This document shows positions 1 through 10,445 of a stretch of DNA of 64,000 nt, piece by piece. The position numbers were made by a program, and so were the translations under genes. Source of the DNA: Candidatus Eiseniibacteriota bacterium (lineage in GTDB: Bacteria; Eisenbacteria; RBG-16-71-46; DASYSL01); NCBI GenBank assembly GCA_031431875.1, contig JANPEF010000008.1:27120-91119 (forward strand), in the 5' to 3' direction. The notes below the pieces were generated by a model. It did not search any database, had not been told where the DNA came from, and worked only from the letters and a program-made list of their open reading frames with translations. Within the stretch, counting starts at the first letter, position 1; the number at the start of each line of letters is the position of its first letter.

Positions 1-894
1 CCGTACCTGCTGCAGGCGACCGCGCGGGGCACCGGGGGCCTGCGCTTTGGCGGTCATGCCGACATGGCGCTCGCGGTCGTGCTGCTGGCGCCACTGGTGG
101 CGCCGCTGGCGTGGACCGAGGCGCGACGGCGGACGTGGCGCCCCGGCTTCCGCGCATTCAAGGCGGGGTGGTTCGCGCTCGCGGCGATGCTGCTCTTCCT
201 CGCGCTGGCGGTCACGCTCGTGCAGCGCAACGAGACGAAGTTCCTGAACCTGGCGCTCCTCGCCCTCGCCGTGCCTGCGGGCGTGGCGCTGGCGCGGTTG
301 CGGGTCGCGCCCGCGGTCGGGCTCTGCCTGCTGGCTGCGCCGACGACGCTCGTCGCGCTCGCCGGGTTCGCGCTCGACCCGGGTCACGAGACCGTGGGCC
401 GACGCGTGCCGCCGCCGGAGCTGGCTGCCGCCTATGACGCGGTGGCACGGCGCACGACGCGGCACGATGTCCTGCTCGAAGCCCAGGCGGCGGACGCCCA
501 GGACCCGGACCGGGATCTCCTGGTGCATGGTCCGCGCAGGCTCGTCTGGGGCGGCGAGGGCTACGCGCACAACTGGGGCTACCCGGCGGCGGACCTCGCG
601 CTGCGGCGCCGCGCCGCGCTCGAGCTGGCCGCCGGCGCGCTCGAAGAGTCGACCGTCGACGACCTGCGACGCCGGGCCGCGGCGGTCGGCGGGCATGTCT
701 TCGCCGTGCGCCGGGATCCCACGGCGCCTGCACTGGGGGGGCCGTGGGCGCGCGTGTTTGCCAACCACGCGCTCGCGCTCGAGGAACTCGACGCTCCGGA
801 GATGACCCCGCGGGCCCGGTCCGTCGACTCCGTCGCCCCGGTCGAACCGCCGCGGGCCGTGCGCGTGGGCGTGCGCGAGCGGGAGCAAGGATGA
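1..894 (+). CDS. Partial (5' truncated) integral membrane protein, GT-C-like/DUF2298-like, paralog of 25819-27897
   Basis: Frame 1 is open from base 1; hydrophobic helices then a soluble tail; NETKF and AAYDAVARRT..LVHGPRRL match NESKF and AAYAWLARET..MVLAPRRL in the 25819-27897 protein. Confidence 0.6.
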   Translation, partial: PYLLQATARGTGGLRFGGHADMALAVVLLAPLVAPLAWTEARRRTWRPGFRAFKAGWFALAAMLLFLALAVTLVQRNETKFLNLALLALAVPAGVALARLRVAPAVGLCLLAAPTTLVALAGFALDPGHETVGRRVPPPELAAAYDAVARRTTRHDVLLEAQAADAQDPDRDLLVHGPRRLVWGGEGYAHNWGYPAADLALRRRAALELAAGALEESTVDDLRRRAAAVGGHVFAVRRDPTAPALGGPWARVFANHALALEELDAPEMTPRARSVDSVAPVEPPRAVRVGVREREQG

Positions 895-3485
895 ACCGCA
901 TCCTCGAGCGCTTCGAGTTTCCGCTGCCGCGCCTGGCGATGGGGGCCGCGCTGCTGGCGCTCTTCGGCGCGGTCGTCGCGGGGGCGCCGCTGCCCGGCTT
1001 CGTGCGGCTCACGGTGGCGGTGCTCACGCTGTCGTTCTGGCCCGGTGCGATGTTGTGGCGCTTCTTCCTGGTCGAGCACGAGGTCGAGTGGCCGGGACGC
1101 GTCGCGATCGCGTTTGCGCTGGGCCTGGGGATGGCGTGCGCGATCAACGTCGCCGCCGCCTGGTGGGGGTTCGATCCCGGCGTGGTCCTGTGGGTGCTGC
1201 CGGCGATCGGCGTCGCGCTGGCCTGCATGCGGCCCGCGCGTCCGGTCGAGGCGGCGGCACCGCGCGGCATGCTGCCGTGGTCGCTGCTCGCCGTCGTCGC
1301 CGTCGCCACGGCGCTTGTGGTGGGGACGCTCGGCGCGCCGCTGATGACCGACACGGACTCGCCGGATCACATCGCGACCGTGCGGCGCATTGCCGACACA
1401 CGCGTCGTGCTTCCCGGCGACGCGTTCTTCGCCGATGCGGGCCTGTACGGCGCCGATCCGCGGAAGGGCGTGTATCACGCCTGGATCGCCTCGGTCGTGC
1501 GCGCCTCGCACGTCGACCCGGTCGACGCCTGGCGCTGGCTGCCAATCCTGTTCATTCCCACGTTCCTGCTCGCCGTCGCGGCGTTCACCTACAAGCTGAC
1601 GGGCTCGCGCATGTCGGCGCTGCTCGCGGCCGTCCTGTTCCCGCTGATCTACGGCGGGGGGCTGGGCGGCACCGAGCTGCGCGAGACGGTCTATTCGACG
1701 CGCATCGGCGAGATGGTCGCGATCCTCGCGGCGGCCTGCCTGGTGCGCTTCATCGAGCGCGGCGGGCGGCGGCGGCTGGCGCTGTTCGTCGCGGTGGGCT
1801 GGACCGCGATCGCCGTGCACTTGTGGATCGTCCTCTACTTCGCGGTCGCCTTCGGCGTGTACGCGCTGGGGACGCTCGTCGTGCAGCGCTCGTGGCGGAC
1901 GCTCGGGCGCTTCGCGGCGGCGGCTGCAGCGCTCGCGGTCCCCGCGCTGCCGTACCTCATGTGGCGCAAGGGCCAGGCCTACGGGCCGCAGAACGAGATC
2001 CACACCGAGCCGCAGGGCCTCTTCTACCTCGACGCGCACCGCTTCACGGTCGACCCGCAGGCGATCTGGACCTGGTCGGGGGTGTGGCTGCTCGTGGCAC
2101 TCGCCGCGGCGCCGTGGTTCTGGTCGCGTCGCCGCGAGTCGACCGGAGCGATCTACCTGGCGCTCGTGCCGTGGGCGGTCGTTCTCGTCGTGCTCAATCC
2201 GTTCGTGCTGCCGCTGGCGCACCGAACGCTCGGCTACCTGGTGATGCGGCTGATCTGGATCGTGCCTGTCATCCCCGCAGTCGCCACCGTGCTGACCGCC
2301 GTCGCCGAGGTCGCGCTGCGCGGCGCCGGGCGGGCGCGGGCGTGGGCGCTCGTGGGGTCCGCCGCGGCGCTGCTCGTGCTGGCGCCGGCGCTGGGCCAGG
2401 CCGTGTCGAACTTGACCGACCGGGGGCTGCTGCATTCGCTCGAGGCCGAGCGCGGGCCCGCGTCGTGGATGGACCTGCTCACGTGGCTGCGCGACGAGTA
2501 CCCGCGACCGCGCGTGCTGCTGGCCGACCCGGCGACATCGTACTCGATCCCCGCCTACACCGGACACCAGGTGACGGCGTACCTGGACCAGCACAGCTCG
2601 CCGAACGATCCGCGCGGGCTGACGCGCATCCTCGACGCGCGCGACGTGCTGTCGCCGTCGGTCGACCTGCGCACGACGCTCACCCTGTTGCGCGCGTACG
2701 GCGCCGACGCGGTCGTGGTCAACCAGCGTTTCGTGCGGCCGATCGCGTTCGACTACTGGTCGGTCGAGCCCCGCCTGTATGCGGCGACGCGCGCCAAGTT
2801 CGAGGAACACCCGGAGTGGTTCCGGCCCGTGTTCGCCGAGCGAGGCGCCTGGGTGTTCGAGCTCACCGATTCCGCGCGTCACGGCGCGCTGCCGGCTCCG
2901 GCCGAGATGCCGCGGCCCGTGCTGACGGCGACCGAGCGCGAGAGCACGCTGGCGACCGTGACCCCGCTCGCCGACGGCCTGTTCCTGCAGTACGGCACCA
3001 CGAGCGATCGCCCGGTGTACGCGCCGGGGGACACCATCCAGTTGGTCACCCACTGGGCCCTGACCCCGGGCCAGGTGGCCCGGCCGGGCAGCTACACGGT
3101 GTACGTGCGCCTCGACGGCGCTGAGCCGCGCGGGCCGCTCTACTCGGACCGGTGGCAGAAGCCGTATCGCAAGGCGCTCGAGCGCACGAGCGGGCAGAAG
3201 TGGCGCGCCCGCGAGTCGCACCGGCCGCTCAACGGCGTGTTCGCGCCCGACCGCTGGCGCACGGGGGAGATCGTGGCCGATTCGTCCACGTTCGGCGTGC
3301 CGCGCGAGCTGGCCCCCGGCGAGTACGAGGTGCGCGTGCGCATGGTGCGCATGCCGCACTACCCGAACACTCGCCTGCGCGACTACCTCAGCGACGACGA
3401 CCTGTTCAACGGACCGGTGGTCGGTCGCGTGCGGATCGAGTCGCCGACGGACTCGGACCCGGGATCGAGGGAGACTGCGCCATGA
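891..3485 (+). CDS. Large multi-TM GT-C-fold-like membrane protein with extracytoplasmic C-terminal domain
   Basis: ATG overlaps the upstream stop (ATGA); many TM segments; first-loop acidic motif DTDSPDH; C-terminal beta-rich domain (PGDTIQLVTHW...LAPGEYEVRV). Confidence 0.6.
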   Translation: MNRILERFEFPLPRLAMGAALLALFGAVVAGAPLPGFVRLTVAVLTLSFWPGAMLWRFFLVEHEVEWPGRVAIAFALGLGMACAINVAAAWWGFDPGVVLWVLPAIGVALACMRPARPVEAAAPRGMLPWSLLAVVAVATALVVGTLGAPLMTDTDSPDHIATVRRIADTRVVLPGDAFFADAGLYGADPRKGVYHAWIASVVRASHVDPVDAWRWLPILFIPTFLLAVAAFTYKLTGSRMSALLAAVLFPLIYGGGLGGTELRETVYSTRIGEMVAILAAACLVRFIERGGRRRLALFVAVGWTAIAVHLWIVLYFAVAFGVYALGTLVVQRSWRTLGRFAAAAAALAVPALPYLMWRKGQAYGPQNEIHTEPQGLFYLDAHRFTVDPQAIWTWSGVWLLVALAAAPWFWSRRRESTGAIYLALVPWAVVLVVLNPFVLPLAHRTLGYLVMRLIWIVPVIPAVATVLTAVAEVALRGAGRARAWALVGSAAALLVLAPALGQAVSNLTDRGLLHSLEAERGPASWMDLLTWLRDEYPRPRVLLADPATSYSIPAYTGHQVTAYLDQHSSPNDPRGLTRILDARDVLSPSVDLRTTLTLLRAYGADAVVVNQRFVRPIAFDYWSVEPRLYAATRAKFEEHPEWFRPVFAERGAWVFELTDSARHGALPAPAEMPRPVLTATERESTLATVTPLADGLFLQYGTTSDRPVYAPGDTIQLVTHWALTPGQVARPGSYTVYVRLDGAEPRGPLYSDRWQKPYRKALERTSGQKWRARESHRPLNGVFAPDRWRTGEIVADSSTFGVPRELAPGEYEVRVRMVRMPHYPNTRLRDYLSDDDLFNGPVVGRVRIESPTDSDPGSRETAP

Positions 3486-4612
3486 CGGCTTCCACGCCAG
3501 AGCCGCGGCGAATCCTGCTCATTATCCACGCCATGTCCGCCGGGGGCGCGGAGCGCGTCTGCAGCGTGCTCGCCAATGCGTGGGCGGCGCGCGGGGACGT
3601 GGTCACCATCGCCACCCTGTCCGCGCCGGGTGAGCCGTCGTTCTTCCCGCTCGACGCCGCCGTGACGCAGGTCTCGCTCGGCGCGGATGGCGACCCGGGT
3701 CCGGCGTTGCGGGCCCTCGGCGCCGTGGGGCGCAATGTCGCCCGCATCCGGGCGATCCGACGCGCCATGCGCGACGCCCGGCCGGACATCGCCCTCTCGT
3801 TCATGGATGTGACGAACGTCCTGACCATCATCGCGTCCCAGGGGACCGGGATTCCAGTGATCGCCACGGAGCACATCGATCCGTCCCAGCACGACATTGG
3901 GGCGTTGTGGACAACCCTGCGGCGTCGTGCCTATTCGCACGTCGCGCGCCTCGCCGTCCTGAGTGATCGAGCACTCGACTACTTCCCCGCGGACATTCGC
4001 CGTCGCTCCATCGTCATGCCGAACCCGATCGGGCTCCCGCCCGCCCGGCAACAGGCGTCGTGCAGCGGGCGGGGGAACGCACGAACGGTGGTCGCGATGG
4101 GCCGCATGACGTCGCAGAAGGGCTTCGACCTCCTGCTCGATGCGTTCGCCCTGGTCGCCGGCGCCCACCCCGAGTGGTCGCTCGAGATCTGGGGGGAGGG
4201 GCCGCTTCGCGCGGAGCTCGAGCTACGGGCCCAGGCGCCGGACCTTGCGGGGAGAGTTCGATTTCCGGGGACGACGAACGATGCCTACGGCGTCCTCCGC
4301 GCGGCGGACCTGTACGTCCTCTCGTCCCGCTACGAAGGATTCCCCATGGTTCTCTGCGAGGCGATGGCCAGCGGGCTTCCCGTGATCAGCTTCGACTGCC
4401 GGACGGGACCACGGGAGATCATCCGCGATGGCGTCGATGGAGTGCTCGTGCCACCCGAGGACGTGGGCGGACTGGCTGCGCAACTGAATCGACTCATGGC
4501 CGACGCGAGGTCGCGTGACGATCTGGCGCGGCGCGCTCCAGAGATCTGCGATCGGTTCGGAGTGACCCGCGTGCTCGCCCGGTGGGACGACCTCTTCCAG
4601 GAGATTCTCTGA
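3482..4612 (+). CDS. Glycosyltransferase family 4 (AmsD-like)
   Basis: GGAERV N-terminus, GRMTSQKGFD, SRYEGFPMVLCEAMASGLPV (EX7E); ATGA overlap. Confidence 0.9.
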   Translation: MTASTPEPRRILLIIHAMSAGGAERVCSVLANAWAARGDVVTIATLSAPGEPSFFPLDAAVTQVSLGADGDPGPALRALGAVGRNVARIRAIRRAMRDARPDIALSFMDVTNVLTIIASQGTGIPVIATEHIDPSQHDIGALWTTLRRRAYSHVARLAVLSDRALDYFPADIRRRSIVMPNPIGLPPARQQASCSGRGNARTVVAMGRMTSQKGFDLLLDAFALVAGAHPEWSLEIWGEGPLRAELELRAQAPDLAGRVRFPGTTNDAYGVLRAADLYVLSSRYEGFPMVLCEAMASGLPVISFDCRTGPREIIRDGVDGVLVPPEDVGGLAAQLNRLMADARSRDDLARRAPEICDRFGVTRVLARWDDLFQEIL

Positions 4613-4613
4613 C

Positions 4614-6581
4614 ATGTGTGGTATCGCGGGGATCTACCACTATGCGAACGGGCGCTCGGTCGATCACGACCTGCTGCTCGCCATGCGGGACCGCCTCACC
4701 CATCGCGGGCCGGATGACGCGGGGCTTCGCATCGAGGGGCCGATTGGGCTCGCCCAGCGCCGGCTGTCCATCGTCGACCTGTCGGAGGCGGGGCGGAACC
4801 CGCTGGCGAACGAGGACGACACGCGCTGGATCACGTTCAATGGAGAGGTCTACAACGTGCTCGCGCGGCGCTCCGAGCTCGAGGCCAGGGGCCACCGCTT
4901 CCGCAGTCGCACCGACACCGAGATGGTCCTCCACCTGTACGAGGAATACGGCGACGAGGTGGTTCATGAGCTGAGCGGAATGTTCGCATTCGCGTTGTGG
5001 GACGGACCGCGGAAGCGCCTGCTCGTGGTGCGCGATCGCATGGGCAAGAAGCCGTTGTATTGGCGCGCCGACGGCGGATCGTTCGCGTTCGCCTCGGAGA
5101 TGAAGGCGCTGCTGGCGGATCCGACCCTGTCCCGCACGGTCGATCCGCGCGCGTTGCAGGCGTACCTCACGCTTCAGTACGTGCCGTCGCCCGACTCGAT
5201 CCTGCAGGGAGTGCGGAAGCTGCCGCCGGGGCACCTGCTGATCGTCACGCCCGATGGCGTGGAGGAACGGCGCTGGTGGACTCCGCCCACCGACGAGAAG
5301 ATCGAGCGCACCGACGCCTCGGCAGCGGGGGAGTTGCGTGGCCTGCTCGAGACCGCAGTCGAACGCCGCTTCATGAGCGATGTACCGCTGGGCGCATTCC
5401 TCTCCGGCGGGATCGATTCATCCATCGTGTGTGCCCTGATGGCACGTCGGATGGATCGCCCGGTGAAGACCTTCACGATCGGCTTCGAAGGGGCGCCCGA
5501 GGACGAGCGCGCGCATGCGCGCATCGTGGCGCGTCATCTCGGCGCCGAGCACCACGAGTTTGTCGTGCGGCCCGACGCCCTGTCCATCCTGCCGTGGCTG
5601 GTGTGGCACATGGACGAACCGCTGGCCGACTCGTCGACGCTGCCCACCTGGGCGGTGAGCGAGATGGCGCGCCAGCACGTCACCGTTGTTCTCTCCGGCG
5701 ACGGGGGCGACGAGACCTTTGCCGGCTACGAGACGTACCGCTCGGCCGCGGCCTACACGCGGGCCGATCGCATTCCGGCGCCGCTGCGGAAACTTGCCTC
5801 CGGCGCCGCCGCGGCACTGGGGTCGGCGGTCAATCCGGCCTGGGCGCGTCGCTTCGTCCGGCTGGCCCAGGATCCACTCGAACGCTATCTCAGCTTCGTG
5901 GCGATCGCAGGCCCTGCCGAGGTGGCGGGCGTGCTGGCGCCCGACGTGCGCGCCTCGCTCGCCGCCGCCGATCCGTTCGCGCGCCTGCGGCCGCATGTCG
6001 CGGGCCTTGATCCGCGTGATCCGCAGACCCTGCTTCATCTCGACCTGACCACGTACATGACGGACGACGTGCTCGCCAAGGTCGATCGGATGAGCATGGC
6101 GCATGCGCTCGAAGTGCGCGTTCCCCTGCTCGACACGGACGTCGTGGAGTTCGCTTCACGCCTGCCCTACGGCCAGAAGTTCCGGGACGGCACGTCGAAG
6201 TGGCTGCTCAAGCGCGTGGCCGCCGACCTGCTGCCGCCGTCGATCCTGGCGCGCGGCAAGCAGGGCTTCGCTGTGCCGCTCGAGCGCTGGTTCGGGGGCC
6301 GCTTCGACAGCTTTGTGGACGCGACCCTTTCGCGGGACGCGATCGTCCGCCGCGGCCTGTTCGACCCGGACGGCGTCGCGCGCCTGACGCAGCGTGCCCT
6401 CGGTCGCGCCCCGGGAGGACGACCAGGTCGGCCAGATCACGTCGCCGGCAGGCTTCTGTGGGCCCTGATCGTCTTCGAGCTCTGGGCGGGCAGGTTTCTT
6501 GACCACGCGGGCGTGGCGCCGCCCGGGACCCGGCCGCGCCTCACCGGGGCCGAGGTCACGACCCCGGCAGGTGTCGTATGA
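4614..6581 (+). CDS. asnB: Asparagine synthase (glutamine-hydrolyzing)-like amidotransferase, polysaccharide-associated
   Basis: MCGIAG Ntn start, HRGPD, FNGEVYN, LSGGIDSS, SGDGGDE, KVDRMSMAHALEVRVP. Confidence 0.93.
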   Translation: MCGIAGIYHYANGRSVDHDLLLAMRDRLTHRGPDDAGLRIEGPIGLAQRRLSIVDLSEAGRNPLANEDDTRWITFNGEVYNVLARRSELEARGHRFRSRTDTEMVLHLYEEYGDEVVHELSGMFAFALWDGPRKRLLVVRDRMGKKPLYWRADGGSFAFASEMKALLADPTLSRTVDPRALQAYLTLQYVPSPDSILQGVRKLPPGHLLIVTPDGVEERRWWTPPTDEKIERTDASAAGELRGLLETAVERRFMSDVPLGAFLSGGIDSSIVCALMARRMDRPVKTFTIGFEGAPEDERAHARIVARHLGAEHHEFVVRPDALSILPWLVWHMDEPLADSSTLPTWAVSEMARQHVTVVLSGDGGDETFAGYETYRSAAAYTRADRIPAPLRKLASGAAAALGSAVNPAWARRFVRLAQDPLERYLSFVAIAGPAEVAGVLAPDVRASLAAADPFARLRPHVAGLDPRDPQTLLHLDLTTYMTDDVLAKVDRMSMAHALEVRVPLLDTDVVEFASRLPYGQKFRDGTSKWLLKRVAADLLPPSILARGKQGFAVPLERWFGGRFDSFVDATLSRDAIVRRGLFDPDGVARLTQRALGRAPGGRPGRPDHVAGRLLWALIVFELWAGRFLDHAGVAPPGTRPRLTGAEVTTPAGVV

Positions 6582-6603
6582 GCCGCAAGCGGCACTCCTA
6601 TCT

Positions 6604-6649
6604 GCAAGTGGGAACGGCACTTGCGTGCACAGTCTGTCTCCGCTAGAAT
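6604..6649 (+). promoter_or_regulatory. Sigma70-type promoter with inverted repeat overlapping the -35
   Basis: TTGCGT(6621-26)-N17-TAGAAT(6644-49); GCAAGTG(6604-10)/CACTTGC(6618-24) inverted repeat; lies in the only sizeable gap of this operon. Confidence 0.55.
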
Positions 6650-6658
6650 GGACGGGCT

Positions 6659-6709
6659 ATGACCGACCCCCGCTTCGTGGCCCTCCCGTCCCGGGTGTGG
6701 TCCGCATGA
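6659..6709 (+). CDS. Putative 16-aa upstream ORF (MTDPRFVALPSRVWSA) coupled to the downstream glycosyltransferase
   Basis: ATG 9 nt after the -10 box; its TGA overlaps the next ATG (ATGA at 6706-6709). Confidence 0.35.
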   Translation: MTDPRFVALPSRVWSA

Positions 6710-8976
6710 ACATCACCATCCTGATCGGGCGGTTCCCGCCGCACGACGTCGGGGGCGCCGAGCGTCAGGCCGACCGCCTGGCCGCCGCGCTCGCAGCGCG
6801 AGGTCACGGCGTGACGGTGCTCACCCGGCGCTGGTCGGGTCGGCCGGCGCACGGGGAGCGCGACGGGTTCACCATCGTGCGCACGCCCGTCGTCCTGGCC
6901 GGGCCGGCGCGCAGCGGGCTCGACGCGGCGACGACGCTCGGGGCGCTGCGTGCGCTGTCGCCCCGCCCCGACGTGGTGCTCGCGTTCCAGACCTACGTCA
7001 GCGGCACGATCGCCGGCCTGGCGGATGTGGCGCTGGGAATCCCTTCGGTCGTCTGGGTGCGCGGCGAGAACGAGTACCGCTTCGACCGGCTGCCGCACCT
7101 CTATGCTCCGTCGAAGTTCGCCTGGAGCCAGGCGCGGCGCGTCCTCGTCCAGAGCCGGGCGCACCGCGAGGGCATGCTCGCGCAGATCGCGCTGCGCAAC
7201 CCGCTGCTCTCCGAGCGCATCGCGACGCGCGTCGACGTGCTGGGCAACGGCGTCGAGCTCCCCGCCGAGGCGGTGACTGGCGGCACCGACTGGCTGTACG
7301 TGGGTCGCCTGATCGAGCACAAGGGCGTGGATGTCCTGCTGCATGCGCTCGCCCGGGCGCACGGCACGGCGGCGGATCGACCCTTGTGGGTCGTCGGCGA
7401 CGGTCCCGCCCGCGCGGAACTCGAGGCGCAGGCGAAGCAGATGGGGCTCGACGTGCGCTTCGTCGGCTTCGCCGCGCGGTCGGAACTTCCAGGCTACTGG
7501 GAGAAGGCGGCGGCGATCGTCCTGCCCTCGACCCAGGGCGAGGGACTTCCCAACGCATTGCTCGAGGCGATGGCGGCCGGCGTGCCACCGGTGGCCACGG
7601 CCCTGCCGGGCGTCGAGGAACTGGTCCGGGGCGTGGGCCGCATCGTTCCCGTCGGGGACGCCGCGAGCCTTGCCGGGGCGCTGGCCGAGCTGACCGAGCC
7701 CAGCGAGCGGCGGCGACTCGCCTTCGGTGCGCGCGCGCGCGCGGCCACGATGTCGTTCGAGGCGATCGCGGCACAGCTCGAGGGCGTGTTGACGGAAGCG
7801 ATCCGACCGGCGCCGCGCGTCTGGCTGGTCTCGCCGGATCCGGGCTCGCGCGGCGGCGTGGCAGCCGTGGCGCGGCAGATGGTCGTCTCGCCGCTGTCGC
7901 GCCACGTCCGGCTCTCGATGTTCCCGACGTACCGCGCCGGCTCGGTCCTCGGGCGCCTGTACCGCGGGGGCCTCGGCATCGGTGCGATCGCCGTTGGACT
8001 GGCGCTGCGCAAGCCCGATCTCATCCACATCAAGGTCGCCTCGCGCGGCTCGTTCGCTCGCAAGCTCGTGGTGTCCTCGCTGGCCCGGCTGCGCGGCGTA
8101 CCGGTCCTGGTCCACGTGCACGGCGGCGGCTTCGACCAGTTCGTCGCCCGGTCGCCGGCGATGGTTCGCGCGCTCGCGCGGTGGTTGCTCGAGTCGACGC
8201 CGCAGGTGCTCTCCCTCTCCGAGCGCTGGGCGGAAAAACTGCGGCCGCTGTTCCCGAACGCACACATCGCCGTGCTGGCGAACCCGGTCGAGGTGTCGCG
8301 GTTTGCCGCCGTCGCGCAGCAGCGCTTCGATGCGCTCGACCGGGGCGAGGCGCTGCCGCCGCCCTTGACCGCGCTCTTTCTCGGCGAGGTGCTCGAGCGC
8401 AAGGGGATCTACGACCTGATCGCGGCCTGGCGAGACGTCGTGCGCGACGTGCCCGGTGCGCGGCTGATCCTTGCCGGAACCGGTGAACTCGAGCGCGCGC
8501 GCGCCGCGGCCGAGGCTGCGGGCGTCTCGCCCCTGGTCGACCTTCCCGGATGGATCGGCTTCTCCGACAAGCTCCGGGCCATGGCGCAGGCCAGCCTGTT
8601 CGTGCTGCCGTCCTACACCGAGGGCGTGCCGATCAGCCTGCTCGAGGCGATGGCGGCGGGGCTCCCCTCGGTGGTCACGCCCGTCGGCGGCGTGCTCGAT
8701 GCCGTGACCGACGGGCAGGAGGCGTTGATCGTGGCCCCGGGCGATCGCGACGCCCTGGCGCGCGCCATCGTCCAGGTCCTGCGCACACCCGAGCTGGGGC
8801 GCGCGCTCGGCGCGACGGCGCGCCGGCGCACGGCGGACTTCGATGTGGTCGTGTACGCGGAGCGCCTGGAGAGGATCTATCACTCGATCCTCGCGGCGCG
8901 ATCCAGGACGTCGCAGGACGGGACCGGGGTCGCGACGGCTGCCGCCGGCGGCATGCCCGCAAAGGCCGCGCGATGA
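6706..8976 (+). CDS. Tandem (two GT-B unit) family 4 glycosyltransferase
   Basis: Two GT4 units: GGAERQ...EGLPNALLEAMAAG and GGVAAV...EGVPISLLEAMAAG. Confidence 0.88.
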   Translation: MNITILIGRFPPHDVGGAERQADRLAAALAARGHGVTVLTRRWSGRPAHGERDGFTIVRTPVVLAGPARSGLDAATTLGALRALSPRPDVVLAFQTYVSGTIAGLADVALGIPSVVWVRGENEYRFDRLPHLYAPSKFAWSQARRVLVQSRAHREGMLAQIALRNPLLSERIATRVDVLGNGVELPAEAVTGGTDWLYVGRLIEHKGVDVLLHALARAHGTAADRPLWVVGDGPARAELEAQAKQMGLDVRFVGFAARSELPGYWEKAAAIVLPSTQGEGLPNALLEAMAAGVPPVATALPGVEELVRGVGRIVPVGDAASLAGALAELTEPSERRRLAFGARARAATMSFEAIAAQLEGVLTEAIRPAPRVWLVSPDPGSRGGVAAVARQMVVSPLSRHVRLSMFPTYRAGSVLGRLYRGGLGIGAIAVGLALRKPDLIHIKVASRGSFARKLVVSSLARLRGVPVLVHVHGGGFDQFVARSPAMVRALARWLLESTPQVLSLSERWAEKLRPLFPNAHIAVLANPVEVSRFAAVAQQRFDALDRGEALPPPLTALFLGEVLERKGIYDLIAAWRDVVRDVPGARLILAGTGELERARAAAEAAGVSPLVDLPGWIGFSDKLRAMAQASLFVLPSYTEGVPISLLEAMAAGLPSVVTPVGGVLDAVTDGQEALIVAPGDRDALARAIVQVLRTPELGRALGATARRRTADFDVVVYAERLERIYHSILAARSRTSQDGTGVATAAAGGMPAKAAR

Positions 8977-10445
8977 GCCTTGCCACCGAGGCGCGGCTCC
9001 TCCTCGAGCGACTTCCGCCCGGTGCCCGCGAGGCGCTCGAGGGGACGGTCTCGTTCGTGCCGCGGCCGCTGCTCTACGGCGCGACGTTTCGTGCGACGTG
9101 GGACGCGCTGGCCGCCAGCGATCGCCGCTCCGGCGCCGAGTTGCAGGCGGCGCAGGACGAGCGGGTCCGCGACCTGGTCTCCTACGCGTACGCCCGGGTT
9201 CCCTACTACCGGCGGGTGATGGACGAGCGCGGCGTGCGTCCGGAGCACATCGCGCATGCCCGGGACCTCGTGCTCCTGCCGACGGTCGACCGACACACCC
9301 TGATCGAGCACGGCGACGAAATGGTCGCCCGCGGAGTGCCGGCGGCGGGCCGCCAGGTCGTGGCGACCAGCGGGACGTCGGGCACGCCCCTGCGCCTGTG
9401 GATCGACCGCGATCGTTCGGCGAAGGAGTGGGCGTTCATGACGGGCCAGTGGGCGCGCGTCGGCTACCGGCCCGGGATGCGCCGAGCCGTCCTCCGCGGC
9501 GTCCACATCAAGGGAGCCGAACACGGTCGAGTGCACGAATGGCATCCGCTGCTGGACGAGCTGGTGCTCTCGACCTTCCTGCTCTCGCCGGCCACGCTCC
9601 CGCGCTACGTCGAACTGCTGGAGCACTATCGCCCGGACTTCCTCCATGCCTATCCGTCGTCGGCCGAGATGCTGGCCCGGCTGCTGGGGGAGCTTCCGCC
9701 GGCGCGGCGCCCGCGCTTCAAGGCGCTTCTCCTCGGTTCGGAAAACCTGTACCCGGCGCAGCGGGAACACCTCGAGCGGGCGTTCGACTGCCCCGTGCTC
9801 GCATGGTACGGCCACAGCGAGAAATGCCTGATGGGGGCCGGCTGCGATCGCTCGAACGACTATCACATGCTCCCCGACTACGGCGTGCTCGAGCTGGTGG
9901 ACGATGCGGGCCAACCCGTTGACCCCGGCGAAACGGGAACCATCGTCGGCACGGGCTTCCTCAATCGCGTGATGCCGTTCCTCCGTTATGCGACGGACGA
10001 TCGCGGGACGCTGGCGCCCGACTCGACGACATTCCCGGGCGTGGACACCGCGCCCTGCGCGTGCGGCCGGGCGTATCCTCGCCTGACCATGATCGAGGGG
10101 CGGTGGCTCGGGGAGCGCCTGTTCGGCGGTCGCGGCGAGGTCTTCGCGATGACCGCGATCAACTCGCACTCCGACGCGTTCCAGCACGTGGCGCGCTTCC
10201 GCGTGCGGCAGGAGCGACCCGGCGAGGCGACCGTGCTGGTCGTGCCCGGCCCGGGATTCGGCCCCGCGGACTCCGCCGCCATCGTCGCGGCCTACGGCAA
10301 GAGCGCCGCGGGCGCGGTCCGCTTCGCCGTCGAGATCACCCCCGACCTTCCCCTCAGCGGGCGCGGCAAGTTCATGCTCGTCGAACAACTCATTCCCGAA
10401 CCGGTTCAGCAGGCCCTCGTCCAGGGCCGTGGCGAGGTGGCATGA
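8973..10445 (+). CDS. Phenylacetate-CoA ligase family adenylate-forming protein (CapK-like)
   Basis: VPYYRR, TSGTSGTP, YPSS, YGHSE, MPFLRYATDD, GK motif near the C-terminus. Confidence 0.85.
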   Translation: MSLATEARLLLERLPPGAREALEGTVSFVPRPLLYGATFRATWDALAASDRRSGAELQAAQDERVRDLVSYAYARVPYYRRVMDERGVRPEHIAHARDLVLLPTVDRHTLIEHGDEMVARGVPAAGRQVVATSGTSGTPLRLWIDRDRSAKEWAFMTGQWARVGYRPGMRRAVLRGVHIKGAEHGRVHEWHPLLDELVLSTFLLSPATLPRYVELLEHYRPDFLHAYPSSAEMLARLLGELPPARRPRFKALLLGSENLYPAQREHLERAFDCPVLAWYGHSEKCLMGAGCDRSNDYHMLPDYGVLELVDDAGQPVDPGETGTIVGTGFLNRVMPFLRYATDDRGTLAPDSTTFPGVDTAPCACGRAYPRLTMIEGRWLGERLFGGRGEVFAMTAINSHSDAFQHVARFRVRQERPGEATVLVVPGPGFGPADSAAIVAAYGKSAAGAVRFAVEITPDLPLSGRGKFMLVEQLIPEPVQQALVQGRGEVA

